NCBI GenBank assembly: GCA_977030845.1
Contig: OZ365115.1
Coordinates: 33,728,001-33,792,000 of the forward strand
Reading direction: 5' to 3'
Length of the DNA stretch: 64,000 nucleotides
Source of the DNA: Fimbriosthenelais zetlandica
Taxonomy: Eukaryota
The first letter of the stretch is position 1, and each line of letters starts with the position of its first letter. The notes under the pieces were generated by a model that searched no databases, was not told the DNA's origin, and saw only the letters and a list, made by a program, of their open reading frames with translations. The translations under genes and the position numbers were made by a program. This document shows positions 46,043 through 62,467 of the stretch, piece by piece.

Positions 46043-49000
46043 GGCAACAAGGGGATTTAAAACGTCCTCTAATAATAAAATCCAGTGTTACATCCTAGTT
46101 TGTTGTCTTTTTCATGAATAAAATGCAGTTTACATCTTCTTGCAGTCTGTTTCTTTGAACTTGAAGATGGTAGCCTAGAAGAGCTCGAGCCTTTTGGTGG
46201 ATCGAGGATATTCAGAAGGCCCTATTCCTGAAAGATAATAGTAAAAATCATTAATAACAGAAAATAGAATTTAATGAGGGTAACAATTTTGTTTTAGAGG
46301 AAATGATTACCGATAGGTCCACATGGAAGCCTATACCTAGCTCAAAATGATTCATCAATGTCATGTTGTCCATCATTCATTGAAATTTATAACAGCTCAG
46401 GCCACTGGGAGGGGCAAGTGGAACTAATCACTAGGCCTATAGATTCTACGTATTACGGCCTGAACTTGTCTTAAATCACTATCAGGATGATTTTTGTTCC
46501 GTATAATCTTCTATGATAGCTTGCCTGTATTATCTTTAATTAATTCCTAATCCAAATGTCAGTTACAAAACAGCCATTATCATTGTCTTGGGCAATAATA
46601 ACGTAATTAAGCCAATGTTCCGGTAAAATGGAGTCACTTGAAAAATAAGATGAAATCTGTGATAACGGGTCAATGACATGGTGATCCAAACTCATGGTAG
46701 GCTTAATTAATAATATGCTTAAATGTTTAACAACCAGACCAAAACAATTTATACGATCTGATTAGGATCCAGGGTCGTGTTTTTGCTTTAGTCCATTGGA
46801 CGCAACCCAAGATAGGCCCACAGTTAGGCTACATCGGTAAATGTCGCGCATCTTTCTTTTGAAATAGGCCCCGGATTTGTTTTCTTAAACCTCTCCCATT
46901 GAGTCGGGAGATTGCATAAGATTGAGAGACCCTGGATGAATTGGACACGTGTTTTAAGTAAACCGCAGGATGTTTTTCCCACTTTAACCAATCAACAGTT
47001 AAGATGCATAGTTAGGAGAGGATTTAGGCCTATATGTTGGTAATTTTTACCATAACTGACTTATAAATTCAATTTTATTCTACATCATAATTATTTCTAA
47101 ATAAAGATTTCTGATTTTGCTAATTTTGCTCCTTACATGACTTTTCACATAATTGATTCATGTTGCTAATTCTATTCCTCTTACATAAATCATTTTCCAT
47201 GTAAATTCAAATTTAGGGATTTAAAAGCTTTCCATTTGTCTGCATTCCCCAAACCTATAATGGTAGGGGTATAAATGTAGTTGTAAGCAAAGAGGGAACA
47301 TATGTTCATGCTGTGTTCATGAAAACGGCGACAATTAGAATCGTTGACACATAACAAAGGGTGACATTAACACATTAATGTCAGACGAATGGCACTGTCA
47401 ACATGCGTGTCACGAGCGGTTATATAATTGTCACCATCACATGGACTGTGTCATGAGTGGGAGAAACAAATCAACATTTGGAATAAAGAGTTTCATTATA
47501 TCGGGATGCTTGTATGTAACAAAAATCACCAAATTTTCTCATCTACCGAACAGTTAGAGTATTTTTCCCTTCCTTATAGTAATAGAGTAATTATTTTTAG
47601 ATGCGAAAATATCTCTTGTTTGAAAGATTAAGATTAAAAGAGTTGAAACTGGCCGTTGGAAAATCTGCAGAGTAAAAGTATAGTCATGGGCCCACATCCC
47701 ACAATTAAAGCTTGAAGATTATTCTGGTGGTTGGGCTTATATGTCCCAATAGAATTCAATCTATATCATTTCAAGAATCAAATATAGCCTGGCATTTTAA
47801 GGGGCACCTATCCCCTTTCTACACACATCCTTGGAAAATTCTCATAACAACCCCAATGCTTGCCAAAAGCCACAATGTGGCCCACATTGAAACAAGATAT
47901 TAGCACATGTCAATGAGCTTATGCGCTAAGTCCTCTAACGTTTGTAATCCTAAATTAAAAGTAAGCAGGGTTAGGGTTAATCAGGGCTCATTGTCCTGTG
48001 GGTTTTAGAGCATTTATGTTGTGAATGGATTGTATTTGGTTGTGGGACTATTTTTAGCAATACATACAAGCGATCCTACAGCAATTCAAACCACTACACA
48101 TTCTAGCATCCAGTCACAAAGAGGTTTTTAAAATAGAAAGTGCGAATACATGTGGGTATACTTGGTGATTTCAGTCCATGTTAATTTTATGAACACATGG
48201 CCCTTATATTTGTCTATGAGGTACGTTTCAAGTTAAAATGTTGATTTAAAAATCGAATGAATTAAGAATTGCACATTTATATAATCAGTTAGATCCGTGT
48301 ATTCAAAATAAATCATCTTAAATTAAAAAAGAAATTACCAATTCATTTCCGGAGAAAATCTTGGGTACTGACTTCGCAATTTAATTTCAAATGTGAAATA
48401 TTGTTAAATTACTTACAATGTTTCAGATGGTTAAAATCCTCCAAAAACTTGGGTAGTGTTTTTAGGTACTTTTAGGTAAATCCAAGCCCATAGAACGGCG
48501 TTCTTTCTTGGAAATCCCGACAAAAATAAAAGCTGCACAATAGATGTCCATTTCTTGACCACACTGAGAATCCTAGAGGCTTGACCACACACCTGTGACT
48601 TTTCAAACCCTAGTCTTTCCCTCTGCCATCTTGGACACCGAACACATTTTTGAAAGTAACCTTTCAAAATCTAAACTGTATAGCTTTTCAGATTCAGGGC
48701 GAAACCGACCTATTGTCTGGCTTGGTTCTGGTCCCTGCCTCTCAGATATTATCTGTGAAATCACGAATAAAAGCACACGCCCTTTTTTGGTGAAATCCTT
48801 GTGTGTCTATCAAGGGGGTATCCATTGTAAATATTGGTGTCCGTAGATATGGGTATTCCCTTTTTTTTGTTATAAAAACAAGGCTTGACCTGTGGTCAAA
48901 ATACCATTTGTGAGCACGTGTTGAATGAACCCCCGAAGTGCTAGTGAACACCTTTTCACAGTTCCAACTTCTTCAGGTGTCGTATACAGCTCCCTCTGAT

Positions 49001-50335
49001 TCTGGCTCCATACATTAGTCTAATGATTAGACACTTTTGGCACAGTCCCAAAGGTTTTCTCTATATATTTTTTCGGATCAATAAGAGATCAACTCTGCAG
49101 ATCAAGTGCAGCCAAAGTTGGGGCCTAGAGTTTTTCACTAAAATATATTAAGAACAATGACTAGACTAGTGACGGGTAGGGCCTACCTGTACAGGTATCG
49201 GAGCTTCACAGATGTATAGGTAAAAGCTGATACAATGGTTTGTTACGCTTGGGTGGCTATTACATATAAAGGTAGCATTCGGAATGTGTGTTCAGCAATT
49301 TAACGGCTTAAATGCTTTCAAGCCGAACTGTTTCATAGCCGAATGCGACTGGGCTTATGAAGACTCGCGAATTTTTATTCAAGAAAGGAAGTATATAAGC
49401 CAAGCTGTCTAATTTCATAACTTTCTGACTGATCAGTTTTACCTAGATGGCTTCTGGGTTTTTTTTTAAAGATCTGACAAGATGATTATGTTTGTTCCAT
49501 AATTAAATGAAAACTTAACAGGTAGATTGTTTTGTAAATTAATGGATTGTAGATTCTAATCAAGATTATGTTAATTATGAGCCTATTTTTTTAATCCAAG
49601 TACGATTCGGTTAATCATTTTAAAATTGTACTGTGGGTAATTATTATCCCCAGTTTCTTATAGCCTAGTAAATTTTATCTTTTAAATAACTCCAATTTGC
49701 CTTGGTTACCGAAATATAAATTTATATTTACCATATCATGATTGACCATTGTTTCTTTGGGGGCAGTTTTCGACTACAACCAACTCTTATACTATCCCAT
49801 TTTCAGTGAATGGGCCCACGAGACTAGCCGCTGGCGTGGGTCCTCGTAGGTCCATTGTTCCATCCTACAATTAACCCCACCTGACAGAGAAGGGAAATAT
49901 GTGAGAAAGGGGAAACGTTTTCCCTGCAGGTGCATTGGGATGAATGGGATTTTGGGGGTTGGGGCGTCAGGGGGTCATGGATGTTTCACCTATAAGGACA
50001 TGGTTTTAAGCTTTCTATTGTTCTAGAACACTTTGATCTAATGTAATTAACAATTTATAAATAACAAATCCCATTCTAGAAGATAGACCTATTGTTAGGC
50101 CCCATTTCTTTCCACACCAACTTCCAACGAGAGAGACGATTAAATTTTAAAGTCCAGACTCTAAACTAGGGCCTAGCCTAATTCTTAACTATAGGCACGT
50201 AGGCCTAGTTCTACCGTCAGTCTAGACACAAAACGACTGGGAAACGTTCTATCTTTTATCATTTTTGTGAAACAGATAGGCATATCAGGCTGTCAGAATA
50301 TAGGCTAAGACGGGGTGGGTCGGTGAAAATCTTTA

Positions 50336-50411
50336 GACCTGTCAGGGATTGGAACCGCCGACCCTCCGACTGAGAGCTCTGGTGATCTCCGCTAACCCAC
50401 TGAGCTAACCC
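50336..50411 (-). mobile_element. tRNA-derived SINE head (A and B boxes)
   Basis: Reverse complement GGGTTAGCTCAGTGGGTTAGCG...GGTTCCAATCCCTGACAGGTC; no complete cloverleaf. Confidence 0.55.
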
Positions 50412-50534
50412 TCATTCAAGAATCATATTAAACATATTTTCCAGGCCTTAAAGTGTAAAAAGTTCACTATTCTGGAAGCAAATCGTCTCCTTTGGCCCTG
50501 GAAACATCCTTTCCATTGACTTTCCGATTATGAA

Positions 50535-50549
50535 CTAGCAGGTGGCGCC
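50535..50549 (+). promoter_or_regulatory. CTCF-like motif upstream of DNAJC25
   Basis: CTAGCAGGTGGCGCC is close to the CCASYAGRKGGCRS consensus and lies ~340 bp upstream of the ATG. Confidence 0.45.
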
Positions 50550-50890
50550 TTACACGAGCGACTGTTGTACTAACCACACCACTGCCGTACCGAAGCGCCA
50601 CCTCATCTAACGGGCATAAACAGAACTACGATAGGGAATTCCCTTCCCATCTTCCGAAGGGGTTCCCCAAAAAAGGCACACTGACAGGGGCTCCACGTAT
50701 CATGTTTTGGACACTTTCCTAATGATATTTTAACGCCAAGGAGAGGCACTGCCGCTTTCAGTCACACAAAACACTCTATTTGCTTCAGGAATTCATTATT
50801 TCCCGCAGGATTTTGTGCCGGTAGCAGACGCAAGGGAGAAGTGGAGTGTGACAGGGGGAGCGGTGTCGGAACATCATCATCATCGACATC

Positions 50891-53977
<3,087 letters not shown>

Positions 53978-56600
53978 AATTTTAAAATAGCGATCGCCCA
54001 AAAATCATCAGCTAATTATGTTATATGTCAAGAGTCTCAATTCAAATCAGATTTACCAGAAAAATATAAATTAATTTAAAAAAAAAATAGGTAAAACATG
54101 TAAGCCATGAGCACACTAAGCTAACAATCAAAGCAAACAAGATTTTCGCGATAATTTAATACTGAATATTTTATTAGTGGGTTGTACCATTGTGCGTGTA
54201 TTCAGTGTAAAAATTAAAATATTTCTTTATATGGGATAATTTGTGTTTGCTTGGTGTGTAAATGGCTGTAAATTAACGGTATTTACAACGTTCATTCTAA
54301 GGTATTGGGATTACTTGTCCAAAATTTAAATTTAAAAACAAAATATAGTTCATTACGTGTATATTGTAACTCTTAAGTCACCAAACCTACAATTTCGTCG
54401 CAGGCTAGATCTCAAAGGTTTACTTGTTATTGTACGCTCAACCAGGTTTTTTCCCTCTTTACTTCACCACTTCCAAGATTTTGACCAATGTAAAATGTAT
54501 ACGATTTATACGTTTTAGATTTTTCTCTACCAATTAGACCCACAAAAAGATCTGGGTTCAGATAACTGAAGTTCTTTTCCAAACTGGTATAAACTTCTAA
54601 TGTGCGAACCGTTTGAACAGCTCACACCCTAAATTAAACCAGAGACATACCTATCTATTTGGAGGCATTGACTTACAAACCCACTACAACACTCTTTGTT
54701 CATTTTATAGGGTCCGACCCTAGGTTCTAAATGAAATATACATTGTGCTATTTCAAGTGGAATAGATGTACATTTCTTTAAAGCTCCACCTGCTATTCGT
54801 AATCTAATTTATGTACATGTATGTATTGTTCTGACGAATCTAAATACAAAGACTTGATTTAGATTTAAATGATGTGTTATATAATCGGATGTCTTTTTTA
54901 ATTTTGATAGATCTGATCTTAAATACGATATATTTTCATTTAAGATTGAACACCAAATCCATAAATGAGAAATCGTGGTTATGACAAACTAATATTTATA
55001 AAAGGAAAACTGGAGGAATTCAGTTACAATGTATAAGAATGTATGTGAGGAAATATTTCAGGACTATTTCTTAGAGAATTACTCTAAAAAGCTAAAGAAA
55101 TTACTTGAATTTAGTGTTTCAACCAAGTGCCATGAAAACAAGATTCTCTAAACTGATTTGTTTGCAACTTGTAAAAATTCAGTGGCTGAAAAGATTTTCC
55201 ACAAATATTCATCAAACATTTGCCTGAAAATTGCATCTCTGCCTTAAATTTGTGCATTTATTTCTGAGGCTACAAACATTCAAAATGGCATTTATCTTCA
55301 GGTAACTCATGGTAGGAAAAGTCTTACAGAAGTGCTGAAGTGTACCTAGGTGCATATAAGATATCTCACTGGTTCCTATTATTGAAATTCACATTTGAAA
55401 AATCTTTAAAAATTTTGGGTATGAGAATTTTATGTATTGACTTACTCACCAAATTCAAAATGTTCTCTAGAGATAGATCTGGTCCTTTTAATGTCACATG
55501 AAAGGAATTAAAAGTTATAAAATATCTAATTTCTTCCATGTTCCATTTATTTGCCCGATTATGCCAGGCCGACTAGTCCTAGTGCTGTCCTCTTATTGCT
55601 AAATGCCAAGCGAGGGAGCCACAAAGCAATACAGATACATTGTATATCCATAACACAAATTTCAAGTCTCCATGTCCAAGGATGCTACAAGACTACATTC
55701 ACAAAAGAAAGCCAATGAGTACAAAAATATATAATCTTCATACCCTTTTATTGCATTCAACATACAAACATAGATAATTGTTAGTATTTATTACTTCATA
55801 AACTTCTCATCACTTCACAAGCATGAGAAGGTAAGAGTGCCATAATGTAGAGGTCATTATTTATAACAGAATAAGTATCTATGTGACCTATATGTACTGG
55901 TACTGATCTTTCTATAATCATATTTTTTAAATTATATTTTCAACTTTTAAAGCATGCTTTAATTTAAATTAAAGCATGGTTTTTTTCTCCATATCATTTG
56001 AATTAATTTTTTCATCGGAAACTTACTATTCGATTTGGCTTTTCAAAGACTTGCTAAAAGTACCCCCAAAAGACCTTGAGTTGCTAAGGTAGGCGCTAAG
56101 ATCTCCCTTACGAAATATATATCTTAACAAGTCCTAAGAATGGGGGAGCCTTAGGACAAACTTATACATAAGATAGTCAATCTCTTAAGGCATGTTTCAG
56201 AAGTCTTTAAAAAGTCCTATGCCATGGGTGTGATTCTAGCTATTACTCGGAAGTCTTGAGACAAATGTAATCTCAAAAAACTTCAGTGGATCCTAAATTT
56301 TCTTTGTGAGCGAAAAATGATGGTTCTTCATGGTTTAGCCTGATGCCCAAATGATATGATATTTCTTCAAATATAAAATACAAGAAGAATGTCCCTAATG
56401 AAAAGAAATCTAAGTGAGACGATCGTGGACCCTCCAGTTTAAGATATAGCTCCAAAAGTACCTCTTATAGAATTCAAATGTATGACCTGCTGTTCCATTT
56501 GTCCTGCCTTTTTCTTAATTTGAAATTCCACTTTCCACTCAGCCGATTTATGATCGGTCTAGATCTCCACAGCTCCTCTGACAGCTCAATTTATTCTCTC

Positions 56601-56770
56601 CAAAATCGGCGCGGCCAATCGATTTTTTGTGATTAACTCGGCCCTAAAATCGGGCCAAATATTGGCTCAGCGGTGGGTCGACCGATTTTTATCATTAACT
56701 CGACCAAAAATCGACCCAGTGGAGGGTAACCGATTTTTCGAATTATATTAACTCGGCAAAAAATCGGGCC
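56601..56770. repeat. Three short units, each an internal inverted repeat CGATTTT...AAAATCG
   Basis: Units start at 56620, 56683 and 56731, each with an ATTAACTCG core. Confidence 0.8.
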
Positions 56771-56899
56771 GTGGAGTTTGGACTTAAGAATGACTTAGGA
56801 CTAATGACTTAAGACTATGTTGAGAGATATCAATCTGTATATACATACATACATCCGCCTAAGTGTTAGAAGAAATAGATAGAGAGAGAGGGTGAGGTT

Positions 56900-59800
56900 C
56901 TATTTGAGTCTTTGGATGATGACGGCGTTTAGGAGTTGTGCGTCTGATAGCGTCTGTGATTCCTCTGACAGTTCCTTACTGGGGAAAGCCGTCATCAAGA
57001 TGAAGTTAGCGCCCGCGAACTGAGGTCTAGCACTGAGACTGGGTTAAGGAATATACATTTGTTATCAAATTTACCTTTAAAGCGATGCCAAAAACTATTT
57101 TCAAGAAAACTACCTACTGCTTTGTTACCATCCTTAGCTTACATTTCCATTTTATGTCTATATCATTTATTAATCATTTTAATCAAGGATACGTTATGAT
57201 GAAATTCCGTACATCGGATATTTGATGCGTGTGATTAAACTTGGAAACAAGTCTGAAATAGAAAATACCAACACTATGTTAACTTGAACTAGCAGAAAAA
57301 TGCAATCCCATTTCCCCCAGATCTACAGATGTTTTCTTGAAATAACTTCCTAAATATACTATATATTTTTGTACCAAATTACTTCCAATTTTTTATCCCT
57401 AAATTTTACCAGTTTTTTTCCCCTTTTAATGTGTATATAAAATGTCCAGGGCCGCCTACCTGCTGCCGTCAGCTAGTCTGATTTGGAGGCTGGTGGTGGG
57501 TTGTTTCTCGTCCACTGAGACGGCTTTCTTAGCTTCAGCTTCAGCTTGTTGACTAGAGCCAGCAGATGCTGAGGCAGATGCTGCAGCTGCTCCCACCACA
57601 CTCGGCGCCGGGCTGGAAAATTTAATAATTTATTTGTTTATTGGAACTGGCACAATTCGGCTTGACAGTCGGTTTTCAGATGAACCAGTAATTATATAGA
57701 AAAGAAATTGCAATAAAACCTTCGAAAACTATAGTGAATTCATTCTATAATTGAGTCTTTCTTTGTATCTTTTAATATTGTTCATTTTAATTTATCAGTT
57801 CTTTTTTAATTACAAACATATTTCTACCTACTCTGAATAATTATGCCTTGTGATGGTGAAAATCTAGACAAAGTTGGTACAGAATTGAAGGCGTTTTTTC
57901 CACTTTGTTTGGGTTTTTTTTTCTGTGTGGGGATTTTTACAATTATCTTTAGTTCCACCTACCTGCCGAGCATGTGACCAGCGCCGGAGAAAGCTCTGAC
58001 TGATTTTTTCTGAGCGGCGAACTCCTCGTTCCTATGATCCTCCATGTTTAAATTCACCTCACCTCCCTTAGCTAGACGGATCAGCTCGCGTGGAATCTCT
58101 CTATTAAAATAAAAAAATTATTAAATTTATTTTCAGAATTGCAAAGGTAGTATAACCATAAATTCCACTGCGAAATAGGGGGGAAGGACAATCACAGACA
58201 CGGGCTTTTTCATTGAAATGTTGTCTCCAACCTTTTCCTAGTTATATGGCAGTCATGAGTTTGTTTGTTTAATGGGTTTTAACGTCACTATCAACAATAT
58301 AAGCAATTAAACATTTTCAGTTATCTGATTTTTATCAGATCTTTTTTTTCTCAGCTCCTTACAAGACGATATCATATAATACCAAATAACACAAGGCACA
58401 AATGATATTCTGTGTCTTACAGTTATACTTCTTAATGAAAAATATTGATAAATGAAATAATTTAAAATATCCGCTTACCCTCCGTGGATAGACTGTAGGA
58501 ACTCTTTGTTGGCCGGGTCCTGGTAGTCCCGTAGCTCGCCATCATCTATACTAAACCCATTCTTCCATAGCTTCAATACAACATCGATCTGAAATAAAAC
58601 AATTATTTTATTAAAGATCAAAAATTTGGGAAAGACAACTTTTTCTTTATCACGCTATCTTTTTCTTAAAGACTCTCTTGCCTAAATATGGAGATATAAC
58701 TGAACACATAAAGATATCACTTACAGATTTTCTCTCTGTGACTGGTTCCCCCATGACCATATCACTAGGCGCCGTGTCACTCTCACCTAGCCTGTAGCCT
58801 GCCCCCTTAAACGTGCTAGGCTTCTTAGGCTTCAGACTGCTCGACTCCTCGACCGTCTCAGCTCCATGTCTGAAAAAATAGAGAAAAATATCTTTAAAAT
58901 TAAGGCAAAAGAAAAGTCTAAAAAGGAGAAAGAAATTATGCAAAAAAAATGGTCTTTAAATGGTATATTATTATTTATACCCGGTTGTCTGATAAATATA
59001 GAATTATAAAATTTATTACTGCAATTTAGGAGTATATTAAGAATTTTTTTAACTTACTCTTTTGCCGATTTGAACATATTCTCCACCAGCTTATCAGCGG
59101 ACTGCTTTTTACGGGGAGGACCAAGAACTTGTTGGCCACTAGAAAAAATAGGGATAAAATATGAGGATAAATGAGCAGAAAAGATATATTTTTTAGTCCA
59201 TTGTAAAAAATTTAAAATGATTTTTTATCAACTAGGCTTCTCGCACCTCCTCTCAGAGCCTCCAGCATAGAAAGCCTGTCCCTCCTCTTCTGATGACGAC
59301 TCGGAATCTTCAGGTTTCAGGTTACTCAAGGTGGCAAATCTGGAACTAAAATTAACCACGAAAATGACACCAAAAAAACATTTTTTTTTTTTTAATTTTT
59401 TTTTTTTACTAAATTCGATACAATTAGCCGAAAAGTGTCTCTTTTGACAGTAAATTTCCTTCTTAATTTTCTTTGACCTAAGGTTTTCATTTTCTTCTTT
59501 TTAGGCCTAAACCTATCCAAATTTCATGTTTAGGCCTACCTTGGTTTAGGTTGTGAGGCTCTAGGGGGAGGGGATCCGCCCCGGGGGTCGGCAGGGGGAG
59601 CGGGGGCGGCAGGTGCCGGCTCTGACTCATCTCTATCATCCATGTTGTCTCCCTCGTCATAAAAACTGCTCAACGCAACCTGGGGGAAAAAATTATTGAA
59701 ATTAAATCAAAATTAATCAACACCAAAATTACAGCTAACTTGTTGTCCGGCTAAACTAAAATTACTCAGGCGCCGGACAACCTTCGTCCAAGGGATGTAG

Positions 59801-60310
59801 AGGCTGTCCCCAAAAAATCTTAAGCTTAGGCTTAGCAGTCACAAATTTACAAAATGACAAATGATTTTAGTCTTTGACTTTGTTAGAAATTACATTAGAG
59901 CTATCATCTAAATTAACTAAAGATTTTAAAATAATTGACTTTTTCTCAAGTGATAGTAGACCCAGTGTATCATGCACTAAATTATGAGTTAACTGGGGCA
60001 TTTTTCTGTTTCATGGCTTGGGAGAATTCTCCTAAATAAGGCTCTATCTAAAGTCAAGTCATTCTGCACATGTTACACAAGAGAAGAGTGTCATCTCAGT
60101 TCTGTTCGAGACCAAGCACCACCGTGGACACTTTCTACAGCTCGGCAACCGCGGAAGACGAAACCAACACATGAAAAGTTTTGAAAACATTAAAGTACTT
60201 ACGTCAAGGTTCCATGCGGCTGCTTCCAGGAAGAATTTAGCCCTCTCCCCGTCCACACCAGTCACACCGGCAAACTGTTCAACAAGATCGTTATGACTTG
60301 CATCCGCCAT
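56900..60310 (-). CDS. NSFL1C: NSFL1 cofactor p47 (p97/VCP adaptor; UBA-SEP-UBX), 10 exons, 388 aa
   Basis: Exons 60310-60203, 59679-59540, 59339-59247, 59138-59058, 58869-58725, 58588-58479, 58100-57963, 57612-57460, 57252-57193, 57038-56900 (1167 nt). Motifs [65 protein letters not shown] and [10 protein letters not shown]. Confidence 0.95.
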
Positions 60311-60724
60311 GTTTGTTTTAGTCTGAGAGATGAGTGTCACAAGAATGTTCGCCCCTACGATAATATTTGAAAATCCCTCTTCTAAGTTTAATCAGTACAA
60401 TTCTGCTCCGAACTTTATTCAGTGGATATATCATTATTTATTTATAGTTTTTGTAATGTTTTTAAGTCATGAAATGGTTATTTGCATCTCGGGCTGATGT
60501 GAATTTTGAGGGCGGACATTTCGCGCGACACAGTATCAACTGAATCACATGTGGAAGTTGTTCTCTGCAGTGGAAAATGTGGAAAAAGTAAGGAAAACTA
60601 GAAATTGAGCCTTGGATCTGACGATCGAAGGATAAGAAAGGGCAGGGGGAGTGCTGGGCATCACTGACAACTAAGAATTGAGTCGCTAATCTTCATTATT
60701 TGTGAGAAAACAACCGAAAATAAA
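60311..60724. promoter_or_regulatory. Bidirectional promoter between NSFL1C and GSTCD
   Basis: 414 bp between divergent ATGs; E2F-type TTTCGCGC at 60519-60526. Confidence 0.65.
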
Positions 60725-62467
60725 ATGGAAAACTGTCACTGTGCCCTCCATGTTGACTCAGGCTCAGCCTCAGGACGTCCACAGTTGATCGGATCAGACC
60801 AAACCGCTCAACAAATTGATCACTTACCCATAGAGACCACAATTACATTTTTCCTCCTCAATTATTGCCAGAGACAAGATATTCCTATTTTCCTACATAA
60901 TTGTAGCAATGAATTTATTTCTGATACAGGGGAATTAAAAATAGGAGGGCTAAAAGTTGAGGTTTCCAGAAATGTGCCGGCGAACATTGCTTGCTGCACA
61001 CTCCCAGCTGTACATGAAGGTTGTTTGGTCAGGGCTGGCTTATGTGGTGTCCTGAGACACATTATCAAATCAACAATCAGCTTCAAGCCTGAACTTCGGT
61101 TAAATGAACTTTTAGGATACAAAGGCATTTGCCTCAAATCATGTGCAGAAGTTTCAGTTTGGACAAAATTCTGTGAGGTAGATATGCCAGGGTTGGTTAC
61201 GAGACTGCAGAGATATGATCCCAATTTAGTTCCAGGGGAGGTTCCTGGCGAAGTGAAAAAGTTGGAAAATCATATGCAGCAGCCGGCTATAATTCCGAAT
61301 ATTAGCAAGCGTAGGCGACAAACGAAAAAATCAGCAGAAAACAGTGATGGGTTAGAACATATTTATGCTGAAGGCACTGATATGACCCTCACTGATTTGA
61401 TACTGTTCCCCTGTGTAACTGCCTACCTTGATCACCAGAAAAGTGTCTGGCCATCTTTAGTGAAGAAAATACCTCTGGTTGTTAACTGGTACAAACGAAT
61501 GCAGGCTTTAACAAATGTCAAAGTCGCCATGCAGAAAACTGGCCTTCCTTGGTTGGACCTTCCGGAAATCATGAGTTCTGAGGGGTCAAAATCGGATCCC
61601 GAATCTGATTTGTTCCTGAGAGTTCCAGACAAGAAGAAGCAAAAATCCAGCGCTTTCCAAGTTGCAGAAGTCATGAAGAGACTTGAGAATTTAGGGGTGA
61701 CCCCGGAAGATGGTATTCATCCTAGTGGGACAGATGTTACTCTTCCCTGGGGGGAATATCCCTCCCTGGTTCATCCGAAGGAGGGGGGATTACCCCTTAA
61801 TCGAGTCTCACGTAAATGTGAGCAGCTTGAAAATCTTGCACAGGCTGTACTACACCTGGCCAAAGATGGACAAACTATTGTGGATTTTTGTTCAGGGGGT
61901 GGTCACCTTGGTATACTCCTAGCCCATCTCCTCCCAAAATGCTCAATAAAACTGGTGGAGAACAAAGTGGAGTCATTGGAACTGGCCCAGAAACGCATAG
62001 AAGATTTAGGTTTTTCAAATATTGCCCTGTACCAATGTAATATGGACTATTTCAAAGGGGAATTTGATATTGGGGTTTGCTTGCATGCATGTGGTGTCGC
62101 CACTGATTTGGTACAGCAGCGTTGCATCGACAACAAAGCTGCTTTTGTTATTTGTCCATGTTGCTATGGAAGTATTCAGAACACCCATACGATGAGCTAT
62201 CCAAGAAGTGAGGGGTTCGCGAACATGGAAATAAAATATGAAGAATATTTGGTTTTGGGACATGCCGCTGATCAGACTGAAGTTGGAATTAAACAGGCGA
62301 CTAATGGGAAAACGTGTATGCAGATGATAGACTGGGATAGGGCCCTTCTGGCCAGGGAACATGGATATGAAGTGACGCTTTGTTCGTTGAATCCACTGAC
62401 TTGTTCACCGAAAAATAATCTACTCGTTGGAAGACCCAAAGCTTGGGACATGGAGATGTCTCAGTGA
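60725..62467 (+). CDS. GSTCD: GST C-terminal domain-containing protein with C-terminal methyltransferase domain; intronless CDS, 580 aa
   Basis: Uninterrupted ORF. AGLCGVLRHII, LGYKGICLKSCAEVSVWTKFCE, SAM motif IVDFCSGGGHLG, LHACGVATD, CPCCYG and AADQT are all GSTCD-type motifs. Confidence 0.92.
   Translation: MENCHCALHVDSGSASGRPQLIGSDQTAQQIDHLPIETTITFFLLNYCQRQDIPIFLHNCSNEFISDTGELKIGGLKVEVSRNVPANIACCTLPAVHEGCLVRAGLCGVLRHIIKSTISFKPELRLNELLGYKGICLKSCAEVSVWTKFCEVDMPGLVTRLQRYDPNLVPGEVPGEVKKLENHMQQPAIIPNISKRRRQTKKSAENSDGLEHIYAEGTDMTLTDLILFPCVTAYLDHQKSVWPSLVKKIPLVVNWYKRMQALTNVKVAMQKTGLPWLDLPEIMSSEGSKSDPESDLFLRVPDKKKQKSSAFQVAEVMKRLENLGVTPEDGIHPSGTDVTLPWGEYPSLVHPKEGGLPLNRVSRKCEQLENLAQAVLHLAKDGQTIVDFCSGGGHLGILLAHLLPKCSIKLVENKVESLELAQKRIEDLGFSNIALYQCNMDYFKGEFDIGVCLHACGVATDLVQQRCIDNKAAFVICPCCYGSIQNTHTMSYPRSEGFANMEIKYEEYLVLGHAADQTEVGIKQATNGKTCMQMIDWDRALLAREHGYEVTLCSLNPLTCSPKNNLLVGRPKAWDMEMSQ

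Noticed and set aside
45627-46121. 164-aa plus-strand ORF (likewise 1217-1552, 10813-11049, 31215-31454, 39408-39623, 60862-61224)
   Set aside because: Antisense shadows of real coding exons.
55560-55625. Fragment resembling the body of an invertebrate SINE (TGCTAAATGCCAAGCGAGGGAGC)
   Set aside because: Too short, with no Pol III boxes nearby; the resemblance is from memory only.
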